Source: Guillardia theta CCMP2712
Lineage: Eukaryota; Protista; Cryptophyta
Length of the DNA stretch: 64,000 nt
Reading direction: 5' to 3'
Assembly (NCBI RefSeq): GCF_000315625.1
Contig: NW_005434500.1
Location: forward strand, 33,793-97,792
The position numbers and the translations under genes are program-made. Position 1 is the first letter of the stretch; each line of letters starts with the position of its first letter. The notes beneath the pieces were generated by a model. It was not told where the DNA came from. It did no database searches and was given only the letters and a program-made list of their open reading frames with translations. Shown one piece after another: positions 24,997 to 37,671 of the stretch.

Positions 24997-26696
24997 CATC
25001 GATCAAACAAGGAGAAGCTAAGCTGAGGGCCCACCAACTGCTGCTCTTCGTACTCCAGCGCCTTGCCCTTGGCTTCCTTGGCTGCTATCTGTGACTGTTG
25101 CCGCAGCCTCATCCTCTCCCTTTCGTTCAATCAGCTCATGAGGATCTGACACTCAACAGCACCTGTCCGTCAAGCTCATGGGACCATCGGTGTCCTGCTG
25201 AGACCAGAGGACGAGCTGGTTCTGAGAGTTCAACGTGTAGGTGGTGGTCCCGATTCCTTCGAAGAACCATCGCTCAAGGTTTGCGTACTGTATCGAGCCC
25301 TCAGAGTCTCAGAGAGTTGCAGGGTGTCTGACAACCTGTCCGACTATTCTCCAAGGTTGTTTCAAAACTTTGTGTTCCTCCGACCACAGCTTTCTGTTGG
25401 AAGCCTGTGATCGCACGAGAATCAGCTGAGCCATCGACACTGGTTGCAAGATTGCGAGACCTCCTTTTCAAAATCCCAAATAACTTCTGAATTCGATAGC
25501 GCCACAATCTATCGGCATCCCAGTTGAATCACGGTTCAATACATCATCATTTGACAAACCTTTTTGGGGCCCTTGTACCAAATGCCATCTTCACCATCTG
25601 CCTTTTCAAGCCTTACTTGGATCGTTTCTTCCTAAAAACACCATCAAACGCAACCTAGGTCGAGTCAAGAAGTTCACATACATTTGTTTTTAGATTGTAT
25701 ATATTTTTCCCTTCCTCTTCCTGGCATTGAAATCAAATACGAAGTAGAAACTCTGATGATTGAATCACTTGCTCTCTCGTTTGTTTCAAGTACTGCCAGT
25801 ATTCTTCTACAAATTCTTTGAACAGCTCGTCTGTGTGGCCATCTCAGACTTTGAGCTCACACATCAAGATCTGTTATACCAAACTTTTGATTGAACCGAT
25901 TCTGGTGCGCGTATCCAGTGCCCCATTCTTCGTTGTACGTCTCGACATCGGGCTCAGAGGCGTAAGGAGAGGGAGCGTCGGGATTGAAGCCCTCGGGGTC
26001 ATCTTCTAGATTCTTCCTGGTGCAAGCATCACGGCGTGTCTTCTCTGCTGGTATCACGTCACCTTCCGTTCCAAGACTCGGGACTCCCTTGGATCGCAAC
26101 TTTATCTTTCTCCAGCGTCATGCTGACGCATAACTGCAGCAGGTCAATCGGAAAGACAACTGAAAGGACTGCATACCAATCGCATCACACCCGTGGTCTC
26201 TGTCTGGTCAGCTTCAACAAACCAAGACTGCGAGTCGTCGTCAGGATCAGCGCCAAAGACAAGGATGGACCTGAAATTCTTTAGCGGCCTCCTCCATCTG
26301 AGCGCGGGCTTCTGCTTCTGCCTGTACAGTGCATCAAAGTGACGATGATCCTCCGCAAGCCGCAAGGCAAGCAGCTAGGAGAACAAGCTCCTTACCTTGG
26401 CTCTTGCCGCTGCTCCACCAAGTAGCTTGAATGAAACGTAAATTGAGCTTCCATTCGACAACGGCGTTTCTTGCAAAATTGTTTTGTTTTCAAGCACCTT
26501 TCCTCCATAAAGAAGGTTGAACACATTGTTCTGTATGTTCAAAGATAGCCCTATCTTTTCTCTCAAGTCTATCACCTATACAAACAATTAGAAGAATTCA
26601 GTGCAACAACAAATTGTGAAGGTTTATTGCCTTCAAAGCATTGTCAATGACAATCGGGAAAGTGTTGGACATTCCGGATTTGATAAATAACTGCAT
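24997..26696 (-). CDS. N-terminal ubiquitin-like domain fused to an unknown C-terminal region; multi-exon
   Basis: MQLFIK...(intron)...VIDLREKIG...FNLLYGGKVLENKTILQETPLSNGSSIYVSFKLLGG, followed by further exons. 3' limit uncertain. Confidence 0.7.
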
Positions 26697-28449
26697 AGTT
26701 TTTCTATGAAATTCCGCAAAGACTACGGCGCCTGCAAAAATAGGATCAAGATTTGACGATCATCGAGCTTTGCAAAAATTGCGTTGAATAAGATGTTTTG
26801 GATAAAATCGTTTTGATCAAAAATGTTCACAATGTAACATACAAGGGCTTCCTGCCTGAGATGGTTTGAATCATCTAATGACATTGAACATCGCCGCAGG
26901 AACGCCTTCCTACTTCTAATACATCTCAAAGTTGCCCTCAATTTCTGTTATGCTGCGACTTTCCCTTTTACCAGTTCCTTTCTCTCAACTTCCATGCCTT
27001 CTCGTGCGAATTCTTTCCTTGGCGAATGATTCCCGGGAGCATTTCCAGCGGAAGTCTTTTTGGCCTGCCAGTTCTTCCTCCTGACACTGCAGGATCCTCC
27101 TCTTCACTTGTAATTGATCAGCGTCTCCTCAAGTCCAACTCTCTAGCGGTACTGCGGCTTCTCAGAGAGCTGACGGTGGTACTGCCAAGATGCTTATGGC
27201 TCACGGCACATGCAGCGTGAGCCTGTGCCGCATGTGCCATGGCGGCACCGGGGGCATGGGCACGCTGCTTCGGGTATGCCAGGTACTTGCGATGCTACCG
27301 CCAGCAAGAGCCACCCGGTCCTACCGTCACCCGGCGGCGCCACCGTAGTCACCCGGGCCCGGCGGACACTCGGACAGCCTCTGAACATGGCCGGCCCGGC
27401 AGTGGAACCCCGGGTCCGGTTCGGGCACTGGGCCGCCTTGGGCTCCGCCCAGGATGGGGCCTGCAGTGCCGGGCCCACGCCGGGCCCGGGCGGGCGGCCC
27501 CGGTGGTCACGGGTCGTGGGGGGGGGCCCGGGAGGCCGGCGCCGCCCTGGTACGGTCATCCCGGCCCGGTGTTCAGGCCCGCGGCCCCTGCGCCGCGTGC
27601 AGCGGGCGCGGCAGTGTATTCAATGTGAAGAGGAGGGGTAATAAGAGAGAGCCTCCGGGAATGTCCACCGCTGAGCCTATGAAAAACGGGGACCACTGAA
27701 GGCAGAGTCAGTGGGCACCGGGTGACCGTGGGATCGGACCGGGCCCCGCCCCGCCGGGGCCGCGGCGGCGGCACTGCCGATACCACGGTCACTGACCTGG
27801 CCCTCCGCTGAGCTCCGACGAGAGCAAACTGCCGCCGACCGGGTCTCCGAGTCGGCCCGGCTCGCACGCTTGTGTGGGTGGGGGTCAGTGTTGATTCAGA
27901 CTTTTCCTGATCCTCGGCTCAGGAAGCTCTCCCCCGGGCTCATCTCTACCTACCCGGCGACTGAGTCAGCGAGTCAGCCTGTGCCCCTGCTTCGGAAGAC
28001 TCAGAGCCACCAGCGGCGCCTGCAGTCTCTCTGATGGAGGCAACCAACATTCACCTTTGCAACCAGTGCCCCATCCACCTCGCACGAGGGGTCGACCGCT
28101 TCCTCCATGGACTGCCTTCGGCCAACCTGCCTTCCCACCTGATCGTTGCGCTAGAGCATTGGAACATCACGACCTGTCTCACATGCATGTCAGATGACTC
28201 CATCGCAACGACGTGATGGCCCCATCGCTCAGAGGAAAAGCGAAGGCGAGGCGGGCGATGCGATCGCATTTTACTATCAAGTTATGGTTTTCAGTGATAG
28301 CCTGTTTTACTCAAAATAATGAATCATGGGTGAATTTGGATTGTGTATTTTGCGAGTAAATTTATCCACTTCCCCCCTTGTACGTGAGCATGACGGCACA
28401 GCCTCAGCGCACGCAATGACTGGTTTGCTTCCTTGACATCTTCAGCCGT

Positions 28450-30021
28450 CTAAGCAATTCCTGGCATCTTCATTCGCGACCCACCACTAACGAACGTACC
28501 CTCGATTGAAATCAATACTCACCACCTGGCTATCGCCCGTTCCTCCCCTTTCTTCCACATATACTGCTCTAGCGCCCCGTCATCCTTGACAGGGATAACA
28601 TCTCATTCTCCGGCGGGACGACAAAAACAATCCTTATCGTCCATGTCCCACCTTCAGGAATCCCCAGAGCCCCAAGAGCAGTCAAAAAATACCAGAGCTT
28701 GAGAGGGTGATCCCTTGCCACTGTCAGCTGAAAAAACTGTACGACCTTCTCATCCTGATCTACAATGATTGCGTCGTAGCCACCTTGAAATTCACTGATT
28801 GGTTTAAGACACGCCCTCGTGTGGGGAAGAGAGTCCGTGTGTTCTGACGAATCGAAGTTTACAACGAAATTGCATGCTTTTAAAACTTCAGGCTCACTTG
28901 ACCCGCGGTAAGTTATGCTCAGGTCTCTTCTCACTTCCTCGAAAAAGAGCATCTCCAAAAGATGCCCACATAAGTCTCGCTGGCCACTACAGGACGTCCA
29001 CATTTTTCTCAATATGTCAACCGCTCCCCGGGACGCCGCAAGATTGCTTGCCACGTACTTGCACAGGAAATCAGGCCACCCTCTCCTGAGTCACTGTAGC
29101 AGCAATCAGCCGATTCGTGATATCCGTCGAGGAAACACCTACGTGGCCCCGAAAAAGTTTTTCGTAAGTTTGGAGCACTTTCAAGCGCAAGATCCAAGCA
29201 CCGAAGGACCTCCGCCGCAGTCATGTCGAACATGTACCGACATGACCCACCTGCTAGGTAATGCTTATGCCTTACTCGCTGTTGTTTCGATTTCGACCCT
29301 GTAGTCATCTCGAGACTCAAAATCTCTCCTGTCACATTCATCTCCAAGGAAGGAGCCACCTGATTGTAAAACTCGTCAAACTGCACTGCCTCTAGATATT
29401 CATCGATCCTCCATGATGGAACTATGCGCTCCTTCAGCCCCAACTCTCGATCCTGTTCTTCGTAGATCTTTCCTCGAAACGCCGATGCCATTCACCACCA
29501 CAAGACGTCGATTTTGCCTGTCGGCTTCCCGCCATCCTACACATGCTACCAAAGCTCTCTTGTGAGATTCTTGGTAAGACAAATCCATCGAGTACCAGGA
29601 GGCTCTTTTTGCCGTCTGACAACCCTTCAAGCAACAGTGTCATCTGTTTCCCCTCAGACTCCTTTGCGACAGAGCATGTTCTTCTCCTGTTGCCTGAAAC
29701 CTCCACGACAAAGGTGTTGTATTTGGCCTTCAGCCTGATGCATTTGAAGCTCCACTCATTCCTATCCAGCGTCATACAAAACGAAAGCGTTGTTGTTGTC
29801 TTCCCTGTTCCTGGAGAGCCTTGTATCCAGCCAAGAGCACCATGCTCTAGCACTTGCTCTCGCAGGAAACGGAACTGCTTCAGAAAGGCCCTTGTCGGCA
29901 GTAGAGAAGAAGATGCTCTCCGCTGTTTACATTTGTGCCCCTTGAGCAAGAGCAATCTAGACGGAAGTATGTGCAAGCCATGCTTGCTTCCGACAAGGGA
30001 CTCCTCTGACGGGCCCCTCAC
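28450..30021 (-). pseudogene. Crinkler (CRN/CR)-type NTPase + PD-(D/E)XK REase effector pseudogene
   Basis: Walker A GSPGTGKT, Walker B LLVLDG, RLVVV, SWxxxEYxxA, KHYLAGGSCRYMF, TNRL, FEE, KPxxxxQGGYDAI, FFQLTVARDH. The motifs are spread over at least 4 reading frames with no splice sites apparent at the shifts. Confidence 0.8.
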
Positions 30022-32143
30022 AGTTTGTGGCTCGCCACACCTGCTATTATTACCTGCTACTGCTACACGGGCCGGCCGCCGGCCCGGAACTAACTACAAC
30101 TAGGGAACTTTTTTGGCCTGAATGACCAAGTTTGTCAACGACCCGTTAACTTCCTATGGGAAAGGCTGGTGGTGAGCGGCCGCTCTATTTCGGGTGTTCG
30201 GCTCGGGGTTGTATACCCAGTAGGGTAGATGATTGGTGAAGCTGGGTGGGTGATAAATTCTTTTTGAAATACCGGGTCTTTTCAAAGGAGCAAGCACTTT
30301 TTGGAGAGGGTGGGGCTAATAAAATTGAGTACATTTGGATGGGGTGGGTCATGTTGTGTTGAGGGGTGGGGGTGGCTGTTGTCGATTAGTAAAAGGGATC
30401 ACCTACGCGAGGATGGCAAAGAGAACAAGTTAGGACGATGGTGGAGGCGAACGCAAGGAGGCGAGCGATGGTGATAGAAATAGACTATGATGGCTTATGC
30501 ACGAGAAGTTCTTGCTGGTGCTGCAACAATCTTGCAGTAATATTGGTAGACGAGATGGGATGAGAAAGATGGGAACGGGAGTACTGATGTGATTGGGGGA
30601 GATATGTCTTGGTTGTGTTCAAGCTGGGATATTTTTTTTGTTTACTAGATTTTGGGAGATACACAGACACATGATATGTGTTGTTATCAGTTCAGATGTA
30701 TATGTGTCCAAACCAAAAGCGTCGAGAGGAAGCATGAAGCTATGGATTCGTTTTCGAACTTTTTTGTAACTCAAGCATAGAATTGAAATGGATATCTGTA
30801 TATTTCTCTACACGTTTGTCTTACGTTTTTCATTCAGGTCCTTTTCAGTATGTTTAGTGTGTTGATTGCTGGACTGGATCTTACTGCCAAGGGCCTCCCC
30901 AAGTGGATGGAGGTGAAGGATCCTGACCACCTCACAGTGGATGAAAAGAAGCGCATTGTGAGTCTATCTCACGATGATGTGTGAAGACTGAACATATTCG
31001 TGGCAGATTCATCATGCTGACAAGCAGGTCGAAGCTGCTCAGGCGGCTTGCATGAAGAACAAGTCTCTGGGTGCCAGGTGTATTTTTTGGGGACAGCACT
31101 CCAACAAGGAGCTTGCCATCGCCAAGGCCATCGCCTCGCATTGATCTTGACATCATCATCATGCCTTGGCTGGCACGGACTTGCCGCCTCTTTGTCACCC
31201 TTGTGTTCCGACATTTTGTTTCATGTAGAGTTCCAAAAGTTCCTGGGGTTCATCTAGCCTCGGAGCCCAAAAACATTTCATAACTTAAAGACATGTGAAT
31301 TTATTAAAATAAATCTCAAACCTGATCGATTGAATATTGGTTTGAGTGCATCTTTTGTTGAATGGGTGGCACAATTTTCGTGCTTTCCAAACCTCACTTT
31401 CAGTCATAAGTGCGGCCTCGTCGAGAATGTCTGTTTGCGCCTGATGCACCCTATGTAGATTCTGAACTTGTTCATGTACACCGACAACCATTCCAATGAG
31501 TTCCTTCGTCGTTGGGGTTGATGGCCACCGTCCCACTGCGGGTTTGCCAGAAACGATAATCCGACAATTACCGTTATGAAGCACGAACTTCATCGTGATG
31601 TATGCTGCAAGGTAACTCTCAGCACACTTCTCCTTCCTTCACACAGGCATTTCAGAGGCCGACGGATATGCCACTGTCAGACGAGATGCACTGGAGCCAA
31701 AGATTGTTGCAAAATAGGATGTCATCACAATTTGAACACGTTTCCATCTCAACCAGAGGTTCCATTCGTTGTTGTAGCAGCAATCTTGGCCTTCATCATG
31801 TTGTTACAAATATCAAATATGGCCTTCCTCGTCTTCTCATCGCAGGCATGTACCTTTGACTTCCTGTTCTCGGTATTCTGGAAAAAAATTGATCCCATCG
31901 GAGCACAACCAAGTTTTCAAATTGTGCACCCTCCCTCTCAGTACTACCCATCAGGGAATACTACCCATACAAGGTCATTGATCACCCCCCAAATCTATGT
32001 CAAATTTGGGGTAGTAGAACAAGATCACCCCTCTAAACATTACGATATGGACAATAACCCCCCCCCCCCCCCCCCCCCCCCCCGACAATGCGGCACAGCA
32101 CGCCTTGTGAGGTAGGGGAGGTAGGGGAAGAGCAATCGAAGTC

Positions 32144-34805
32144 ATGGCGTCTTGTGCGACAAAGAGGATGCGAGGAGAGAAAAGGAGACCACACCACAAG
32201 CCGGTAGAGACCGACACGTAGCGATAAGAATCTCAAAAGTTGAAATTCAGTGGAGAATCTCAGCACGGAGAAAGCAGAAGTAGACGAGAGCAGGCGAGAT
32301 CAGAATCAGAGGCGAAGCCGAAGGAGTATCAGTTGTGATAACAATGGTTAGATGTTCAGGATCGGTTCAGCGATATGCCTTTGCTTTCTCAAACATTTTC
32401 TGTTCAGGTTTGACTGCCAGAGAGCGTGGAAGCATGAAGATGATGACTGCATGACTCTGTTGTGTCCTGCCAGGAGATTTTTGTGCGTGCTGAATGTGAT
32501 GAATTAAGAGCAATGAGCCAGAAGGGAAGTGGAAAAACAAAGAAGAAGGCTGATACGGGGTGTTGGAACCGCATCGGCGAGGAGAAGGTGAAGAACAAAA
32601 GAGCAAGTGCCATTCAGAAGCAGCTTGACCTGCTGGCTGGAGGAATCAAAGACAAGTCGTGGAGTCCCAAGAGAAAGACTATCGAGACGAACGAGTACAA
32701 GCAAAAGCACAAGAGCGTCAAGAAAAAGATCGAATGGCAGAGTGAAAAGCGCCAGGGGGGGGAGAAACACTCCATCCTTGTTCCTCAGTGTCACGTCGAG
32801 GATGCCAGTCGTGCCGCACCTCAAAGAGATGAAAGTAAAGCAGCTGGGCATGTGCTAGAAGCGGATCATGCCGACGATGTTCGTAATCGTTGCCCTGAAA
32901 GTTCTCACGATGAAGTCTACGATGCGTCGGAGGATAGCTCCAAGACTCTCCCCTTCTCCTCCAGACATCTTCTTGGCAATTCCTGGCGTGAATCAGAGAG
33001 TGCGAGGATAATGATGAGAGACGCTCTTGCCTCTCAATCTCTCTCCGCCGCCACCCACGGCTCTCGATGGATGGCAGAAACGTGAGATCATCGAAGCGCT
33101 TGCTTGCTTGTGACATCCCTTTGCTACAGGGAGTTCAGAGCCTCTCCCTGGAGTGTCTCCCCCCCCTCTGGTCTTCCCTGCGGTCTGTTTCCTCACCTCT
33201 CTTCTCTCACGAATTGTGCAGACCCGAGGGTCGTCGCCATCCTTGCGGAAGGGCAAAGCACGCCACGCCGAAGCGAGCGCGACGAGGATGCGGATCCCTA
33301 CAACGATGTAGAAAAGTTCTGGGAGCAGAGACAAGCAGCGCTTAAAGCGCTAGACGACCATGTAAAGGAGGAGGATGGAAATGTGAGCGAGGGAGCATGG
33401 CAGTGCAAGGGGAGCAGGAGGAGCAAGGGGAGAGATGGTCTGAGGTAATGATTTTTTGACAGGTGAAGCATCGCATGAAGCATGTAGGCAAGACGGCATG
33501 CTGGTTGAGCTACGTTGACTCCCTCAGAGATGTTCGCGAGCAGGTGACAAAGTAGTTGAGCTTCTTCGGCAGCCTGATGCTTGCAGACCGATGCTGCTAT
33601 CCAAACTTCTCCCAGCGCTGTCAACCACCAAAAAGTTTCCATGTGATGCACCCTTGCTCGATTTCTCTGAGCTTATCCAATGTTCCAGAGATCGTGCAGA
33701 AGATGAGGACGGCGACTGTTTGGCCGGAGACGAAATGATCCAGATACCAGAAGATACGCAAGACGGAGAGAATCTAAGATTGAAAATTCGCCTGAGTCAC
33801 GAGATGATCGAGGTGAAGGAGCTCCGCAACCCTTGTGCTTTCCCTCTGATCTTCTTGTCTCAGGAGCTACAACAATCGAACTCGGAGCTTGAGAGTGCGT
33901 TGCAGCTCGCGCTGAATGCAGTTCAGGTTGATAATTCTGCGATTTGTTGAAAGATCAGAGGATGGTTGAGGAGGTGTCGATGAAGTTTTCACGTGTTTAG
34001 ACGACAACCTTGATTGCCAATGACAAGCTTGCAGTCTGAAGAACTACTGAAACACACCGTGGAACTTCTGCAGCACAAAATAACAGCGATGATGGTAAGC
34101 GGCGACATCTAGGATACCTAAGATCTTACCTACTGTCAAGGACGAGAACAACCAAAAAGATAAGTTGATCAAGGATCGTGAACAAAGCTTGCACGAATTG
34201 CGAGAGGTAAGATCTCAGTTGTGAGGCCTTAAGTGCGTTGATTATCTTTTGACAAGGAACAGGCCAGACAAATTGGGCGCGTACGAGAGGAGCTTGCAGG
34301 ATACAAGTCATCCTCGTCTTGTTGTGATGATTTTTGTGAGGATGGTGGTTTGCAGGTCTGAGATGGCAAGTATGACGAGCAAGGCGAACGCATGTTGCCT
34401 CGCCTTGCGAGAAGACGTTTGCGATGCTTGTGATTGTTATTTCTCTCATCTCTCGTCAGGTGCGACAAGTTTTGGAGGAGGGCCAAAGACTCGAACAGGA
34501 GATTGAACTGTGCATGAAAGACGTCAAGGTCTCCCTTCCCCTCCTTCCTCACTTTGTCTCTCCAGTCCTGACCTGCGCAGCTTCTTTTCACTTTCTCTGC
34601 TGATCACCTTTCCCTTGCAGGAGGTGCATCACAAGGAGATGGTGTTTGGCTTGCAGTTCATCCTCGAGCACATCGCCGACAGGATGCAAACCTTCATGTC
34701 CTGCATGTCTGTCGACGAACCACCGGCCCTGTCACTGGTTCCCTTCCGTCCCCTGATTGTGCTACTTTCGTTCGCGTGTTCGTGGAGCGGGAGGAGAGAC
34801 AGACA

Positions 34806-34878
<73 letters not shown>

Positions 34879-37130
34879 TCAGAAGCCCAAAGACTGGGGG
34901 AATGTGGGGCCGGAGGAGAGGATGGCAGGGACAAGAGTGGAGAATCACCCTGCTGTGTGACTTTCCTTCCCCCTTCAGTCCATTTCCCTCCCTCCACCCT
35001 TCTGCTCTTGTCCCTGTTGTGCTCCACAACCTTCTTGGAACTGATGAGCGTCAGGTCGCGGCATCGCCCATGTCGATGTCGTCGTATCAAGGAAAGGTCT
35101 TCAAGACTTGCGTCATGGAGGCCTGCCGGTCTCTCCTCATCCTTGTCCTCTATGCCCTCCCTCTCATGCTCGCAACCAGTGTGTTTGATCGTAACTATTC
35201 TCTCATCACCGGGAGGCTCCGCGAAATGCAGCTGGTGACTGGAGGAATAAGACACACGGGATAACCTCCTATGCAGGCGGCATCGAGGGAGTACCAACGG
35301 CAGATCAACTTGATGAAGCAGGTCGCACTCCTCTCCTCCCCTCCCCTCCCCTCTCCTTCCCTCCCCTCCCCTCTCCTCGTGTCCTGATGCTTTGCAAGCT
35401 CTTCAATCCTCTTTTTTTCATTCTTCACTGCCTGACTGAACGGCAGAACCATGCAAAGGATAGAGCAGAGAAGCTTCGCGACAAGGAAAGGGAGATGAAA
35501 GAGAGGTGGTCGACCTTGCTGTGCTCCTCCTCGCCTTGATCTGCTCTTGCTTGTGCACCCTTCAGAGAGGAGAAGCTCCAAAGTCAAGTCGAACAACTGC
35601 AGCAAGAGCTCGTGATCGCACAGGTGGACCTGACCCTCAACCATCTCCCGTCTCCTCACTTGCCTAGCAGTCGAGGACGAATGAAGACTTGAGAAGAGGT
35701 CTGCACGCGCGTTTGCTGCCTGTTCGCTCACACCTATCTAGCGCATGCGGTCGCAGAGAAGAAGCGACAGGCAGCGCAAGAGGAGGGTGTCAACCTGGCC
35801 ATCCAGGTCAATTTTCTTTCCCTGCCGTCTTGAGCCCTCCTGCTCCTGTTTCGTCCCCTTCTTTCGCCTCACAGATGGAATATGGCCACAGAACCAAAAA
35901 TTAAGAGAGCGGCACGAGGAGGCCATGGCGCAAGAGCTGAGAAGACACGAAGTGATGGAGTTCTTGAGAGATTGAGGGGCTTAACAACGGTGCAGGCCGA
36001 GCTAGACGTTCAGCGGAGCAGCTACGAGAAGGGGATGCAGCAGTTGAAGCAAGCGTGGCAGGCAAGGGGAAGGCGTCGAAGACGCTTGCAGTTACAAGTG
36101 GACAGGAGGAAATTGCACGGCTGCATGACGCTCACCGGCATCAGCTTGAAGCTAGCCAGCAGGAGAGGAGGAAGGTAGCACGGGAGAGCGGTAGGGGGGC
36201 GGGAGACGTGAAGTGGGTGATGGGCAGGATGAGAAGAAGTTGCGGGTTGAAGTTGACAGGCTAAGGGAGAAACTCGCTCGGATGGAGGAGGTAGGGAGTG
36301 AGCTGGGCGATGGGCAGGCTCACGTCCACATGCAGGAGCGAGAAGAAGAAATCTCTGCGATCCGCAAGTCACATTTAGAGGAGATGCAAGCCCTGCTGGT
36401 CCCCTGCTGCTTCTGCCGGCAAGTCAAAGTGACGCGAGTGACAGGGGAGAATCAGCGACATGTCGGAGGAAGTGAAGCAGCTGAGAGGAGCAAGAAGCTG
36501 TTTCATGCCCCCCCAGGAAGCAACCAACGCTAGCTCCCCTCCCCCCTGTGACGAGAGCACACCTCTCGACCCTCCTCGCCCTCATCAACCCTCTCCAGCT
36601 CCAACTCTCAGCAGGTGACTACGTCACGACCTCTACATGTCGTGACGCTTATCAGGGACAGAGGCGAGTCGAATGCATATTATCCTCTGTCATCTGCGAG
36701 GAGCGGAAACATCAATCTTGCAGCTATTCGTCAACAGCATGAGCAGATATCGTAAGTCTCCTTCATGCTTGCTGCCTTGCTAAGATTGATGCAGAGAACA
36801 ACTTCTACAAGCTCAACAGAGGAGGGAGAGTTATGCGAGAGAGCTTGCAGGTCTACAAGGACCTTCTTTCTTTCTCCTCTTACCAATTTTCAGGTCCATG
36901 CAGGAGATCTCCGAGCCCTCAACCTGGCAGGCAGGCATGTTCCACTACAATAGTGCTTCCCCTTTCCGGATTGCCTCACTCTCCTCTGCTCTCCCCTCCC
37001 CTCCCCTCCTGTCCTCTCCTTCTTCATTCCATCTCCTGCTTGTCATCATCTCGTACACATCTTCCCTAAGTGGAGAGGTTTGCGTAATCAGTAGTGACTG
37101 TGGTCCAGGTCAACGCGAGCATGGAGCTTG
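32144..37130 (+). CDS. hypothetical large coiled-coil multi-exon protein
   Basis: Many E/Q/K/R-rich exons flanked by GT-AG. No family recognised; limits approximate. Confidence 0.5.
34806..34878. repeat. (CA)n microsatellite, intronic
   Basis: Direct reading. Confidence 0.97.
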
Positions 37131-37263
37131 AGAGATATCTTTCCGGACACACCAGCAGAGAGTAGGTCGACGAGGTCTAATTAAAATGTTCAACATGAAA
37201 ACAACCCTGTGTTCGCAAATTGTCTGCGTTGGATATATATATTGAGGAACTCCTGCTGTCATC

Positions 37264-37336
37264 GCCCTCGTAGCAAAGTGGTTAATGCGTTCGCCTTGTA
37301 AGCGAAAGGTCGCCAGTTCGACTCTGGTCGTGGGCA
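37264..37336 (+). tRNA. trnT-UGU: tRNA-Thr(UGU)
   Basis: GCCCTCGTAGCAAAGTGGTTAATGCGTTCGCCTTGTAAGCGAAAGGTCGCCAGTTCGACTCTGGTCGTGGGCA forms a cloverleaf with loop CTTGTAA and one U-U pair in the acceptor stem. A T-run follows at ~37370. Confidence 0.93.
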
Positions 37337-37671
37337 ATGGATTCTTTGTAGAATCCACCATGAGAATTCTTTTTGACCGCGAGTGCCGGAGGTTTCAATG
37401 CCTCCTTGAGTGAGGGGGTGAAGCTAGTAAGCAGAACTTGCTGCCGTAAGGGTCTCGCCGAGGTGAGCTCAGTATAAGGAGACAACATACCACCACCCTA
37501 CCATATGATTTTCCCCTGACACTCGGAGATTCACTGGGGTCCGCTAGAGCCGCATACCATACTGCACGCCATGCGCCGCTGCATATCCTCAGGAGGTCAT
37601 GAGGAATCCGAGCGCAGAGGGGTGGATCGAGTGAGCCTCGCGGCACCTTCACCGTTTCCTTTCATATCCTC

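Noticed and set aside
26375-26696. Ubl as the header domain of the Crinkler pseudogene
   Set aside because: It lies downstream of the CRN region on the same strand and has its own ATG and following exons.
37375-37662. Telomerase RNA, HDV ribozyme, SRP RNA or spliceosomal snRNA
   Set aside because: No CCCTAAA template, spacing far too long for an HDV core, and no SRP helix-8 or U1/U2/U3 signature visible.
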